This document shows positions 13,301-26,700 of a DNA stretch of 64,000 nt, in pieces (positions within the stretch are counted from its first letter, which is position 1; every line of letters starts with the position of its first letter). The position numbers and the translations under genes are program-made. Source of the DNA: Tubulanus polymorphus (Eukaryota > Animalia > Nemertea); assembly GCF_964204645.1 (NCBI RefSeq), contig NC_134026.1, forward strand, positions 24,338,150-24,402,149, in the 5' to 3' direction. The notes beneath the pieces are model-generated. The model was not told the DNA's origin, did not search any database, and worked only from the letters and a program-made list of their open reading frames with translations.

Positions 13301-15297
13301 CGTGATTATCGGTATACCTATCCTTTTCCATGCAGTGCTTTATCAAAAATCATTTTAATTTTGAAGATACTTAATGAATGAATACAAATGATAATAGTAC
13401 TTTTCGATGGTTTTGAAATAAATATTTGTTCATTTACAGCTTGAGGATGCAGAATTTGCAAAGGCAGCAGCTATAAAATCACGAAAAGGTCTTGAAATGG
13501 AGGTTGAAGACCTTAATCATCAACTTAATGACCAGTCAAAAGCTAAACAAGAGGTAAGAGTTGTAAGAGATGTCTAAATACTAGTATATTGATGGCTGAT
13601 GAATAAGAAGTATTAATATCTGGTAAATTTGTCCCTGACAATATGCTAAGATATGTCATGTAATCATCGTCTTACAGATTGAAAGTAAGTTATTAATAGC
13701 ATCTAGAGAAAGGATGGAACTGCAAAATAAAATTGACGATTTGGACGAGGAACTTGCGGAATTAATGAAGAAGTACAAAGCTGCAGTGCAACAAGTTCGT
13801 AGACCAATATCCCGAGACTTTCTAATGCTGCCTTCTGGTGGTAGAAATAAACACCAACTGAATCACTGAATCACCTTAACTATTACATTGATAATAACTT
13901 TGTTTTACAGCAATCAGTGGACCAAATTACTATATCAGACCAACTACAACAAATAGGAGAACTAAATAGTGAATTAGAGACTCTAAAAGAACAGGTAATC
14001 ATTGATTATTATATAAAAGCTTTATTTGCACTAAATTTCTATGTTATTGGTCTTTTGTTAGGTTTTTCTAAAAATTAATTATTGTTTTGTGTTTATCTAT
14101 TGGCAGCTTGCACAAGTTTCTACACGAGTGCAATATTTAGAAGTAGATCATGTCGACAAGCAGGCTGTGGCAATACTAGAGGCTAAACATCGTGAGTCGG
14201 AGTCAAAACTTGAACTAGAAAGGACAACTAGACATAGGTTAGAAGTAAGTAACTTCGTGAAAAGTAATTAAATTCTCATATTGAAAAATGTTCTTAACAT
14301 ATAGGGGTTGATTGATCATGTTGAGCTATGTTTTTAGATGCAAATTGAAAGAACAAAGGAAACAATTGATAATCTTACTACACAAAAAGATGATCTAGTT
14401 AGTAAAGACGAACGACAACAAGAAATTAATCGGCGGCTACAAAGACAACTGCGCGACGCTCAAGAGGAACTTGGAGAGATCCGAGGAAAAGAGGCCGAGA
14501 CTAATCAACGCAAACATGACCTGGTAGACATGATATCCAATTATATCCTATTGTGTGATATTTAATAATCCGTGAATATTCAGCATTCATTAAATTCTAT
14601 TACAGGAAGTGAAAGCGGAATCACTAGAGGCTGATTACGATCATGCTCAAACTGATTTGAAATTGGCATTTAGACGAATAGCAGATTTACAAGCTGCACT
14701 TGAGGAGGATATGGATTCAGATTTAGAAGGTTCCGATAGGTAAACAAATATTTTCTGGTCAATCACGCTCCATTGATGATTCCTGCCAATTATAGCAATC
14801 TTTGAAAAGTTAAAGTTTTTTATATTTCATTTATTCATCACCAAAGTCATATAAACTCTTATGGTGGATATATCCACGTACAAAGGAATATAATATACAT
14901 GTAATACACCGATATCAGATAATATAATATCAGACAGTACAAGTAGGTTTTCAGACATAATATCGAAGGGATCTATATTTGTGATTTAAGTTTAGTAACT
15001 TCATTTAAAAAACATATATTCTTCAGTGATTTGGGAGAATATACAGATGAAGAGGATGAAACTGATGAAGAAGATGATGATGATGATGATGACGATAATA
15101 TCACGAACCACAGGGCATCGTTGTCGAGTTTAACAAAATCAAGCATGGATTCTAGTCTACAAATGGACGACGCTAGTAAGCAGTTAGTTGTGCTTCATTT
15201 TGGAAAAGTCTTTTTTATCCTATATGAATAACATAAACATTATGAAAATATTTTTTCTAGGCGTAAGCTAGCTGAAACGAAGGTACACGAACGATGA
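122..15297 (+). CDS. MYO18A: Unconventional myosin XVIII (MYO18A-like), 5'-truncated by the window; multi-exon (distal motor, IQ motifs, coiled-coil tail, acidic end)
   Basis: Phase-compatible GT-AG exons at 122-208, 2548-2689, 3209-3368, 3660-3840, 3915-4125, 5020-5117, 5363-5428, 9750-9878, 10490-10634, then many short tail exons to 15261-15271/15297. Peptides [39 protein letters not shown]|[20 protein letters not shown] and [27 protein letters not shown], plus tail [14 protein letters not shown] and [16 protein letters not shown], match class XVIII myosin as I recall it. Confidence 0.95.
835..873 (+). CDS. Candidate 39-nt cassette micro-exon of the myosin motor ([13 protein letters not shown])
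   Basis: T-rich tract plus TTCAG| acceptor and ATG|GTAACG donor; 13 codons, phase 0-0, no stop. Confidence 0.45.
4308..4340. repeat. (TA)n microsatellite
   Basis: Uninterrupted TA run in a myosin intron. Confidence 0.95.
6902..7486 (+). CDS. Candidate alternative first coding exon of the myosin XVIII gene (acidic, Ser/Asp-rich, ~195 aa)
   Basis: Open frame 6887-7594 inside intron 5429-9749, with a visibly CpG-richer, coding-like composition. In-frame stop at 6884 precedes ATG 6902. Donor CAG|GTAAAA after 7486 is phase 0, matching the phase-0 acceptor at 9750. Confidence 0.55.
8326..8373. repeat. Perfect 23-bp tandem duplication (GTAGAAATAAGTTACTTAATGAT x2)
   Basis: Units read directly at 8326-8348 and 8349-8371. 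Confidence 0.9.
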
Positions 15298-17277
15298 CGA
15301 TAATCACAAATGACAGCGTTGAGAACAATTACATGTTGGTGCTTAATAATCAACTGATGATTCCCATTTGCGTGTACGCTTTCTGTCGTTTTAATGGGAC
15401 CCGAACCAAATAACTGTGATTGATTACTTGTGTATTAAACGCGATGATATTCATCAGCTTTTATCCAAGTGTATGATGTAATTATAGTGTGTGTCAATGA
15501 TTTGTTGATTCACGAATGAAATATTGGCTCTGTCTTCAACTCTAGTGCATTGATTGCTACCATAGCTAATCAAAGTGCAGAAGCTTTAAAGGAAAGCCTT
15601 CGCAGTGATAATATATAAGTGGTAGACGCACCCACCATGATGGACATCAAATCATTGATTTCATCTCATAAATACCACTAGGATGTTTTGAAAGAAAATG
15701 TGTTGTAAAGCTTCCTCAGAACCTTCACCTCATTAAACAGATGAATTTGCTGTTGTTCAATGTTTATGATGATTTATATGAATCGAGCATGAAATGTTAA
15801 TAGAATTCTGTAAATTTTCCGTGATTTTTGAAAGTACGCTTTTAATGTAGGCTTTATATCTCGGAGCTTCCAGATAGTCTAAGTATTTTCGTATATTCAA
15901 GTACCGGGTAGCTTGTAATGATGAAATTTTGAAAGTAAACGTGTAAAAGGGGTACGGCAATTCATACTTGTTTAGAACGCAAGTCAGTGATGCAGGACTT
16001 CCATTGATGTATATCAGGTCTCGGTTCTGAATGAATGCTTGAAATGACCGGATGAATGTGTTTTTTCATACGTTGGAACATCAGCAAACAAACCAATGTG
16101 ATAGATACAATTACAATCAATCAGAGTATGTTTTCATTATTTTGAGAATGTGGATGTTGTTGAACAGGGTTTTCTATCAAAATATCGATTCCATCCAACA
16201 ACTCTAGGTAGGTTAGGGAGAATATGATGGAAGTTCCGCTAGCTTAATCCATGTTTCTTCAGGTTTGTGGAACAACTTATTTCTGAATACAGAGTTTTGT
16301 AGCAAGTATTTGCTTGAAGTTTTTAAGCATTCCAAATATATGAAAACATGACAGCACTTAGTCTTTAAAATTGTGCCTTTGTTTTGTAATTTCTCTCACA
16401 TAATTTGATTATGAAACGTGAAGAGAAGTTAATTTCTGTTGTTATAATTCAACCTAGGTTATGCTGAGGATAATTTGTAGTTATTCATTACAGATCATTT
16501 CATTTAGGGACCATTATCGGCTCATTTTGTTATAAATTAAAATACTTTAGGGTACTTGTAGGCTATAGGTTGCATTTTCGAAGCGAACTATATCCAACTT
16601 CAAGAGAACTCTCACTTGCTTATGAATATTATTTTAAGACCTAGATAAGTCTGTCCTAAACTATCAAACTTGTGCATTCTCTACTGAAGTCGCTTTTGTA
16701 AGATTAGCTGCTACATTACTCAAAAACATCAGGTCTTTTTTTACTATGTAAATTTCTTACAATGCATTTAATCTGTACACTCCTGATTGCATGATTGTGC
16801 CAAAGTATGTGATTTTACTACACAAATGTCCTCTTACAATGTTTCATAAAGATAGGTTAAGGGTATCTTTCTTATTCGACAGAATCCATAGTTTAGCTTT
16901 CTCTGTTTTAATTCAAGTTTATTTGAATACTAGTAAATTGATACCTGGTATTTTAATAATGTAAGCAAGCCAATTATTTATATGACAAGGTCTGAAGCAC
17001 AGAATCTGTGCTTTGGTGAATTGGTCGGCACTTCTAATCAGTACATTGTAATTATATTTAATTGAAACTGCTGATTTCAATTCATACTTACCGGTACTTT
17101 ATTTTTTTTTTCAATTTACCATATAAATAGGCTAAATAGATACGAAGTGAAGTTCAATATCCTAGAAGAAAATGCAGTCTAGTGGAGGAATTATAATTCT
17201 TCCGAATCCAAGATCTTATCAAGAATGTATTGTGTGTTTGCCTAAATGAATGATATTATGATGCAGCAAAACTGAAG

Positions 17278-17283
17278 AATAAA
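17278..17283 (+). terminator. Probable poly(A) signal of the myosin gene (~2-kb 3' UTR)
   Basis: AATAAA followed by T-rich downstream sequence. Confidence 0.45.
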
Positions 17284-19267
17284 AAATCAATTTATAACTT
17301 AAATGCAATTTTTTTCGTTATTTATTCTCTGTTCACAAATATAGTTTTTCATGTGCTAGATCCAAGGAAAGTTTTAATGAGACGATTGAAATCAATAATC
17401 CCTGAAGTAGTTAGAAGGCTCAATGGTATTTTTATCACTTGAAGCTTATTGTTGGTGGTAAGCTTATTCAGATGGGCCTGAAAATAGACAATTGTGAAAT
17501 TAAATGACCGGATTGCTCGTAGACGTAGATACGTATGACCGTCATTTGACAAGTCATTACTGCTGTTAAAATAATTACTACAGCTACATCACTACAATTT
17601 TGCTTTTACAGGATTCCACCATTTTTCGCATAAGAAATTTAGAAATTTTGACCTTGTCCCAAACGATATCTGTTTAATTTGGAGTGCATCTCATTCGTTT
17701 GTTAAGTAAGTATATTAACCCTAGTATAATCTAGCTCTTTAGACGTGATTTTAGAATAGTAGATGCGTAGTAAATTCAATGCTTGCTATAATGAATGATA
17801 CTATTTATTAGGCTACCATACCATGTCATCTTGACTGTTGACTTTTCTGCTTTTTGCTTCTGCCTTTTCTGCCTGGTTGCACTGCTATAGCAGATCTGCT
17901 GCCAATGCAAGATTTTTTTCTTCCCCGTGTCCCTTATAAAACATAGCTTAGGTTCACCGTCCAAGAACCTTTGGGACCGAACCCGCAGCGTTTGATGTTA
18001 GGCTACACCACCGCCACTAAAAGGCTCGATATTCTTGACTCTTTTAAATCTCTGTGACTTAACGATAAAACACCAACCGATTCTGAAGAATTATCTATTG
18101 TTTAGACCTCAGATGTTCATTTTTCTTTATAAGTTTATTTATTCGGAGGTGCTATGGTCAAAGTCAATATAGCGAAATCTTTTTTCATCATCAATATAAT
18201 GCACAAAAGCAAAAGATAACTGTAGTAGTTTATTCATCAAAATTGGTTGTTTACAACTTGAGATGCTGTAGTTTAAATGCAGACAAAATAGCCAGTTTTG
18301 GATTTTGATAGGCAACTATCTAATTAGTACAATTGAATGCACTAGTCTGGGCTGATGATTTAGACTTTCAAGCCAGGACTGGGTAAAAATCTTAAGATAT
18401 TTTGTGGATAGACAGTGAAATGATAACCGCTCATTAACTGTCAATTCTACTAATTATCCAGCCAGGGTCCAGAGACTGCTGCAAGTGGAGTCCTGTTAAG
18501 GCCAACTGCCTCAAAGCGCTAAGCTAATTATAAATAGTTAGTTGCAGAAGTTTAAAATGAGAGAGATGATAGTCTGTTATCTCACAGGCACTTAGGCCTA
18601 TCACTTGTTGATAGTTATTATAGTATGGATCCAGGTTCAGTGACCAGGTACCACTTGGCACTTTCCCTACAAGTACATATACAGTCAGATAGATAATAGT
18701 GCTACTATTAATTATCAATTGTGACAAGCCCCTGCGCTATATGTATTACCAGAGATGTACATCTTCCTGGTATTACAGATCTTATACTTTCATACTTGAT
18801 AGAGGCAAATACAATTGATACTAAACATAATGATGCTTCTCGCGGCATTTTAGATTAATAGCCTATGAGGTCCTGGAGTGGGATTCCATTTGTAAAAAGC
18901 TTGATTTTGTTGATGTACTTTAGGAAACTGCTGTTAGGCCTTGATGTCAATCACAATAAGATAGCTATCGTTCAGAGACGGTATCAAAGTGTTTACCATT
19001 GAAAACTAGTGTACCGCTATCTCACTATTTGATAACAATATACTGTCCAGGTTATAAAGTACATCTTGTTATTAACGATCTCTGGTCTAGCGTGTACCTA
19101 CTATTTAGTCATATCATTGAATATCAACCTAGCAGATGATTGTTTCTGTGTTTGTTTAAGTCAAGGTAAGGGTTTCTATGCATTCAAATTTTGTACTTAT
19201 TGAAATTAAGACAATTTCTTAATTTTCCGTTTTATGTTTTTCAGTTAATCTTTTTCGAAATGCTACG

Positions 19268-21655
19268 ATGCTTTCATTTATGGCCAGCCGTTTATACAAG
19301 GGTTACCAGTATTCGAGAAGTTTCGTACCTATTTTCCAACAGAAGAGGTCGCTGAAACAACCGAGTTCAGTCACGACGCACAAAGTTGAAAAATTATGCT
19401 CCATTTTGGAAACGATTCAACAATTGCGCTATGAACCCAAGTCTGCATTAGAGGAACCAGCATCGGAGGCTACACTATTCTGTAATGTTTTCAATGATCT
19501 GCAGTGTTCAATCGTCGAATTCATCAAAATTATTGAGAAATTACCGAATGACGAAGATCTGTCGGTTGTCACCGACGATTCCGGATATAATTTGTTACAA
19601 AAAGCAATAATCGCTGCCGATACCGATTTAATCCCGGTTATCCTCGATAAAGGATGGAACTGCGATCACGGAGATTGTTCATTTCCGCTGCATCTGGCGT
19701 GCAAGCTCGGTCAACTCGAGATCGTTGAGCTTTTGCTCGAAAATGGAGCTCAACCGGACATTAAGTCTTCCGTTTGTTACCCGTGTGATCACAGTCCGGC
19801 GGTATGCGGCAGCGTTCCGCTAGTCAGTTACTTTCGTAGAACACCGAAGTGTTTAGGAAACAGCGATCCAGAGCTTCCCATTTCTTATGCAATCGAAAAT
19901 GACCACGTTGATATTGTTAGGCTACTGTTAGCTGATCCGTATCACACCGGCACCTATCACTATCAGCAATTATTCGAAGCGGCATGTCGACATGGCGCAT
20001 TCGAATGTATGCAGTTTTTGGTGCACCACGACGAAAGTTCGACCAAAGGTTCTATACCGGATACCGATAACGAGGAGGGCAATTATAATTCGGGCTACAT
20101 CTCAAACTTGTTTAATTACTTCGTTTCGCACAATAGCTTAGACATTAATGGTAAGAACGTTGATGGTTTAACGCCGCTTCATCTCGCTTCCACTCAAGGG
20201 GAAAAGTATATTCAGTTTCTGTTACGTCACTCGGCCGATCCGCGAATTCAAACCAACTCGGCTGAGACTGCGCTGCATGTGCTGTTTCGAAAGAACTTCG
20301 CTCCACTCGAACTTTTGAACTGCGCGAAGTTGCTACTCGGGACCGGTTTGGAACGAGATGTCAACGAACTCGATATCTACGGTAATACAGCGTTACACTA
20401 CGTTGTCTCGCACGTGAACCATTCAGTAACCAGCACTTGTTCAACGGATATAAAGTGTTTTGATAAATATGCCGTTTGCACCATGAATGAAGACAGCGTT
20501 AATGCCGATTTACAAAATAAATACCAAATCGAAGTTTTAAGCTGCTTAGAACTTCTGTTGCAGCATAACTTAAATCCAAACATAAAGAACAAAGCTAAAG
20601 TGACCGCTTTTCAGAAAATGCTGCAATCGTTATTTAACTGTATCCGGGATATGTATCGCGTGTATGGTGAGGATCATAATCATCAAGGAGTCCGCGATGA
20701 TGAAAATACTCAACAAAATTACCACCTTGATTTAGACGTTATAATCAAGGCAATGAGAATATTTCTTGAATATGGTATCGATGTAAACGGTGTTTCTCCA
20801 GCGGGTTTAACACCTTTACGAATCGTCCTGCAAATCATTTTGAATATTGAACCTAGTCAATTGAGCGTGCACTCTCATCAGTTTTTGAAGATGATCGATA
20901 TTTTGTGCTTACATGGTGCTCAAACAAACTTTATACTCGGCAACAATGGTGGCACGTGTGTAACCCTGGTTACCGCATTAGCCGAAGGTTGTCTGTGCTA
21001 CTCTAGTCCCGATTATACTGAAGAAATTAAAATGCGAAATGCCAATTTTATTTGTGATTTGTTGGCACTACTTTTGAAGCATGGTATGAATCCAAATTAT
21101 AGTACCCATCGTCGCAGACCTTATTTACAAGGAGGCATTGGTAATGCGCTAGTAGAGTTTGTGCAATTGACCCATAACATTACAAAACCCTCGGACTTAC
21201 TTTACATTCACCAGTGGGTTTTAACCCTGCTGCAGAATGGCGCTAATCCTGATATCGAGCCTTACTCTTCCGAACCAACCATTTGCCACTCTCAAAGCTC
21301 CATATTTCTTCGCCACAACAAAACACAAGCGGTCAGTCACTATATGCACCAAATCAAAGATATATCAGTTGTGTTCAATGAAAGCTATGCGGAACAGTTG
21401 TTGAATTTGTTCTATAATTCGATGGATCACTCGGCGATGTACCAATGTCTGAATACAGCGAAGGCAAGATTTGACTGTTTGAATAACACAAACTTTGTCG
21501 ATTTGTTGCAGAAAATGTCATCACAACCGCGAAGTCTGAAACAGAGTGCTAGAGTAGCTATCTATAAAGCTTTGAATAGAAATTTGGTTGGAAATGTTGA
21601 AAAACTTGAATTGCCGAAAACATTGCAATCATATTTGTTGAATATTGAACCATAA
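19268..21655 (+). CDS. Ankyrin-repeat and SOCS-box protein (ASB-like), 795 aa, intronless CDS
   Basis: Single long ORF. Ankyrin repeats (FPLHLACKLGQLEIVELLLENGA, GLTPLHLAS, ETALHVL, GNTALHYV, GLTPLRIV) and a C-terminal SOCS box PRSLKQSARVAIYKAL...VEKLELPKTLQSYLL. Likely short 5'-UTR intron at 19166-19243; AATAAA near 22248. Confidence 0.9.
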   Translation: MLSFMASRLYKGYQYSRSFVPIFQQKRSLKQPSSVTTHKVEKLCSILETIQQLRYEPKSALEEPASEATLFCNVFNDLQCSIVEFIKIIEKLPNDEDLSVVTDDSGYNLLQKAIIAADTDLIPVILDKGWNCDHGDCSFPLHLACKLGQLEIVELLLENGAQPDIKSSVCYPCDHSPAVCGSVPLVSYFRRTPKCLGNSDPELPISYAIENDHVDIVRLLLADPYHTGTYHYQQLFEAACRHGAFECMQFLVHHDESSTKGSIPDTDNEEGNYNSGYISNLFNYFVSHNSLDINGKNVDGLTPLHLASTQGEKYIQFLLRHSADPRIQTNSAETALHVLFRKNFAPLELLNCAKLLLGTGLERDVNELDIYGNTALHYVVSHVNHSVTSTCSTDIKCFDKYAVCTMNEDSVNADLQNKYQIEVLSCLELLLQHNLNPNIKNKAKVTAFQKMLQSLFNCIRDMYRVYGEDHNHQGVRDDENTQQNYHLDLDVIIKAMRIFLEYGIDVNGVSPAGLTPLRIVLQIILNIEPSQLSVHSHQFLKMIDILCLHGAQTNFILGNNGGTCVTLVTALAEGCLCYSSPDYTEEIKMRNANFICDLLALLLKHGMNPNYSTHRRRPYLQGGIGNALVEFVQLTHNITKPSDLLYIHQWVLTLLQNGANPDIEPYSSEPTICHSQSSIFLRHNKTQAVSHYMHQIKDISVVFNESYAEQLLNLFYNSMDHSAMYQCLNTAKARFDCLNNTNFVDLLQKMSSQPRSLKQSARVAIYKALNRNLVGNVEKLELPKTLQSYLLNIEP

Positions 21656-23768
21656 AATAAGGTTAGTTTCTGAATTGTATCAGATAGCTGTAATACATAA
21701 TTCATGTATCAGTTTATAATGGGACCAAATTCAAGCCAGTGCTATAGGTCTGGTTTAAAGTTTTTGGCTCTAGGGTATTCCAGTTATCGGAAATGAACTG
21801 TTTTAACTGCATTGTCAGTTTTTATCACTCATGTGCTAATCATTATGTGCTATCCAGCTGCATTTACACTTGCAGAGAAAATAATCATGTTGATAGGAGG
21901 ATTTCATCATAAAATCAATCAGAAAATGTACATGTCTTGTAAAAAGCTATTTTTTGTGCTGAATTATCTGTATTTGAATTGAAATGCAGTGCAACTGTTA
22001 TGAATACTGATATATGTATAAGTCTGTCTATGCATAAGCAAATGAATATTACCGGTACCGATAATGTTAAAATGACATAAATGGAAAGTAAATTCCCGGT
22101 GTTCCTTGAAGGAAAAACATCAGTAGTGCCTGACTTTACATATTGTATTGGTTTATGTATTTCTTGTAAATGTCAACCGAATGTGCTACTAAAACATTAT
22201 CCTTGTTGCTTTTTGTAATATTTTTGGTAAAATTTTATTATGAGAATAATAAATGAATATCATTTAAGTAAAAATTCTTGTTGTGGTGTGTTTGTTGACT
22301 GCATGAGAAAATACACTACAGACTATTACCGGTAATTAAACCACAGGTTTCCACAGATTTGGATTTCTGCTGTATGGAAAAATTTAAAACCTTTAGATTG
22401 ATGACCCGGGTTTTGTAGTTCACTATAAACAAGAATCAAAACTCAACCGATATTGATGGGATCTAATCTATTTTATGAATGTCGAACTGGATCGGCATAT
22501 TAATTTAGTAGTATCTAAAATTGGCCAAAAAGAATAATTTTATGAATTGGACAATTTTTTTTATCAAAATACATTGAATTCACACCACAGGCTTTAGTTT
22601 AAATGTTTCTTCTGTAGCTGGTACATAGGCCTATTGTATATAACTGTTAGTATTATCGTCGATTGAATTATAATTGAAGAATTTACCCACAAACAAACAT
22701 TCTCGGTCTTCTGCTCAGGCAGCAGTTTACTATTAGAATACTGTGCACTTGTTTTCTGACGGAAATAGAATCTTATATGATTCAAGTAAAGCCGATGTGT
22801 GTTATCTGTACACGCAGAAACTTACAAATTTTTTCTTCATTTCTTAAGTTTTGTGGGAAACCTCAGACAGCAGCTTAACATGGTTTGCTCTTGAGGATTG
22901 TCTAGACAATGATAGTGTCAACTAGAACAATTTAGAAAAGGAAGTATCAAAATGGAGGATTTATGCTCATTTCATTGCATATGTTCAGCATTTTGTGTTA
23001 TTCTGATGGTAGTGGCTTTCATGTCTCCAGTTTTGCTGTACATGATCATAGCTTATGTTAATTGTACCGGATCCTGATCCATTGGTATTTGTTACGAAGG
23101 AGGAATACACAATGTGCTAATCCGATCAGAACAGAAACTGAGATCCATCGTGACTCCACAAGAAGTCTCAATGAGGAGAAATGCGTATTGAAATCCAATT
23201 AATTCAAAATTGATGAAATCAACAAATAGAAGTGTTTTATTGCTACACCAGATGTGCCATGAAGCCTTTTTGATTGTACATGTACTGTATTTTACTTTTG
23301 CTGTACTGGCATATATACAATGGACTGAATTGCAGTGTGCTCGTGCGCACCAAAGTTACTGCGACAGGGTAGATATTTTACTATAACACTGGTGGCAGCT
23401 GGCACTTGCAGTTGTTCTGTGTTGTATGTTCTGTTATGTTTAAGGTGATTTTTTGATAGGATTATAGCAAAGGTTATTGTATCAGACATTGCACTGTTAC
23501 TGTTGACTGCACTTCATTATATTATCATCTGGATGTAAATATGTAGGTGGTGTTCTGGTTCATGGCGTTGTTCCAATTTTAAGAAAGCTACTTTCTTTTC
23601 GCACTCACTCATGAATTTGTTAACACATTGTTTTCGGCATTGTAAATCTCTTCTAGATCAGTATCATTCTGATTAACCAGGAACGCTATTAAGTGTTTGT
23701 CAAAGGTGAGATGAATTCTACTTGGAAGTTTGAGATAAGTTTGTTACTGTTTTAGATCTTTAAATACC

Positions 23769-26700
23769 ATGGAATCAATAGCAGATGATGGAAAACAGGT
23801 AATCTTACATCAATTAAATATGATAATGAAATATTTAAGCGATTGACTTGAAACTCCATGATGCAGTTTTATATCATGTTAAATGAAGATCAGTCTGTCG
23901 TTCCTTCAAAACGGAATCTGGAAAGAATGCTTTAAACGCTTTTAGGCTCATTCTCTTTGGGGAGGACGATTCACTGGAAAAACTGATCCAATCATGCAAG
24001 CGTTTAATGTCTCAATTAACTATGACAAGCGATTGTGGAAACAAGATATTGAGGTAAGAGTATATCCTGAGAAATTCTTTATAAAATGTCTCGGAAAAAA
24101 TGAAAATACCCGGTAACACGTATTTCATCTAGGGCAGCAAAGCGTATGTAAAAGCACTGGAAAAAGCTGGACTTGTTACCCAGGATGAAATGCAAAAGAT
24201 CTTTGATGGATTATGTATGGTAAGTTTGGACAGCTGAAATATTGGTACCGCACATATTCTGCTAGATGGCAGGATTGAAAATCAGGTGTGGATCTTTTTT
24301 ACAGGTTGCTGAAGAATGGAGTAAAGGAGAATTTGTCATACAACCAACTGATGAAGATATTCATACAGCTAATGAACGGAGGCTAAAAGAAATGATTGGT
24401 CCAGTTGCAGGAAAATTACACACTGGCCGTAGTCGTAATGATCAGGTTGCTACTGACACGCGACTCTGGTTGAAAGAAGCTTTGGAAATACTTGAAAAAT
24501 ATTTGCTTTCCCTAATCAAAGTCATCGTGAGCCGTGCCAAAAAGTGAGTCCTACGAGAGAAATAATTTTTAAGATATTGAAGCAGCTATATAAACAATGT
24601 GCAGCATCCCATACCGAGTATATAGTTGAAATGTTATAACATCTATCATCTTTTTAGAGAGATAGATATTTTAATGCCTGGATACACTCATCTTCAAAGA
24701 GCTCAGCCAATCCGATGGAGCCACTGGCTTTTGAGGTAAATCACTACTGGGGTAATCCATTTATGTGCGTTGGAACATGGGTCGTTTGAAGAATGATATT
24801 TCTTGTACATTTTTGCAAACACATTTCCAGAACAGGCCCGGCAGAAGCAATTTCATGTTGGTTCAAATATGATAGGATTTGAATTATCAAAAACCATATA
24901 CCTCCCCACTCTTATTTCAGATCTCTTATTTCAAGGTTAAGGAATTCAATTATTGCTGGTTCACATGATTCATTTTATCGTTTCAGTTATGCCTGCATGA
25001 TGAAACGAGACTTAGAACGTTTGAAAGAAGTTCATAAAAGAACAGATGTTTTGCCTTTAGGAAGGTATATCGATGAATATTGAATTAATTGGGTTTTCCA
25101 TAGTTCCGCCAGGTGCAGACTGTTACATGAATTGTCATATTTCAGTTAAATGAAAGGATGTTGAATGTTGCATCAAAAGTTCATTTTGTAAATGAAGAAG
25201 ATTGTCAAATAGAATCTATCTGTGTCTATGTGCAAAATGCATATCTGCCAAATTATCTCACAGTTTTGCTTCTTCCATGAGACTAACTCATCATATATTT
25301 ATGGCCTTGCTTTACAGTACAATGTACATGTTATTTTTTCAGCGGTGCTCTCGCTGGTAATCCATTTGATATCGACCGTGAATTTTTACGGAAAGGTAAC
25401 ATATATCTCAAAAACCTTGAGTTCGCTTTCAGTCTAATGAAAATTTGTCTCACGTTTATTCATACCTGTGTGGAGTGTTAAAAATGAATGAGATTTCTTT
25501 TCTTGAAGAGTTGTCTTTATCGGAGGTTTCATGGAACAGCTTAGATGCTGTTAGCACTCGGGATTATGCACGTATGTAAAACTCTTATATGACATTCTGT
25601 GATCAACCCTAAAATCATTGCTACAGTGTATACCAGGGTATCTTTCACAAAAAAAACTGACTGCAATCTGAAACTACCCTCATTTTCACTCTATGAAAAG
25701 AACTGTACCTCGGTAGTAATTGGAGTTATCATTTATGAGCTGATACTTTCTTGGTGTCTGATGTCATTCTTCACGGATCATAATTGGCTAAGAGAAGTAG
25801 CTTCGGTAGATAGCCAAGATCATGTCTAGTAATAAATTAGATTCAGTTTGGGTTGCACTGTGGGTCTTGTTTGATGGTGCAAGTTTTTGCTTGGGGGCAT
25901 TGTCATTTGCCAACATAGAAGAACAGCATGTAAGAAAGAAATATAGCTACAAAAATAGTCAGACGTTATTCTATGATCATAAGACAGACATGTCTCATAG
26001 ATTGATTCCGTGCTACCTCAAAGTAATTTTTGCCTCTGAAATCGGTGTGTTGGTTTTATGTCTGCTTCTGATATTTAATTGATTTTTCTTCTCATTTGAT
26101 AGTGGAATACCTGTTTTGGGCTTCGCTGTTATCGGTAAATCTGAGCAAATTTTCTGAAGATTTAATACTGTATTGCTCGAAGGAATTTGGTTTCGTCACA
26201 CTGTCAGATGCCTACAGGTTATTATCACACATTTCATATACTCGCTTTGAGAATTTCTTTTGTATCGGATATTGAAAAATGGATGCACTTTGAAATTATC
26301 CTTTTCCATAAAAACCAAATATTAGTGTTTTTATGTAATATTTTTCATTCACACAGCATCCTGTTACTGAATTGATTTTCATTCACAGTAATTGGAAATA
26401 TCATAATCTATTATAAGCATGTCAGGTTTGACTGGCTTTGATGATTCTGTTCTGACATTAAAGCCATACAATAGCATTTTCTAGTTGCGAGAATTCTTAA
26501 TGCAGAAAAAACTGATTAAGTGTTTCTTTGGCAACAACTTATGTACGTCAAGGATAATAGCTGCAAATATCTTGTCATGTGCATGTGTGAAAAATCGTTG
26601 ACAGGGTTGTCGAGTTTACAGACTCATTTCATTTCGTATTCTAAGTGGGATCTCTTCTCATTACTTCAGCTTGCATAGTTGTAACTTGTCTCGTTTGATT

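Noticed and set aside
25822-26082. Hydrophobic ORF and small hairpin in an ASL intron (mutually exclusive exon or snoRNA?)
   Set aside because: No similarity to neighbouring ASL exons; stem only ~9 bp; no clear H/ACA architecture.
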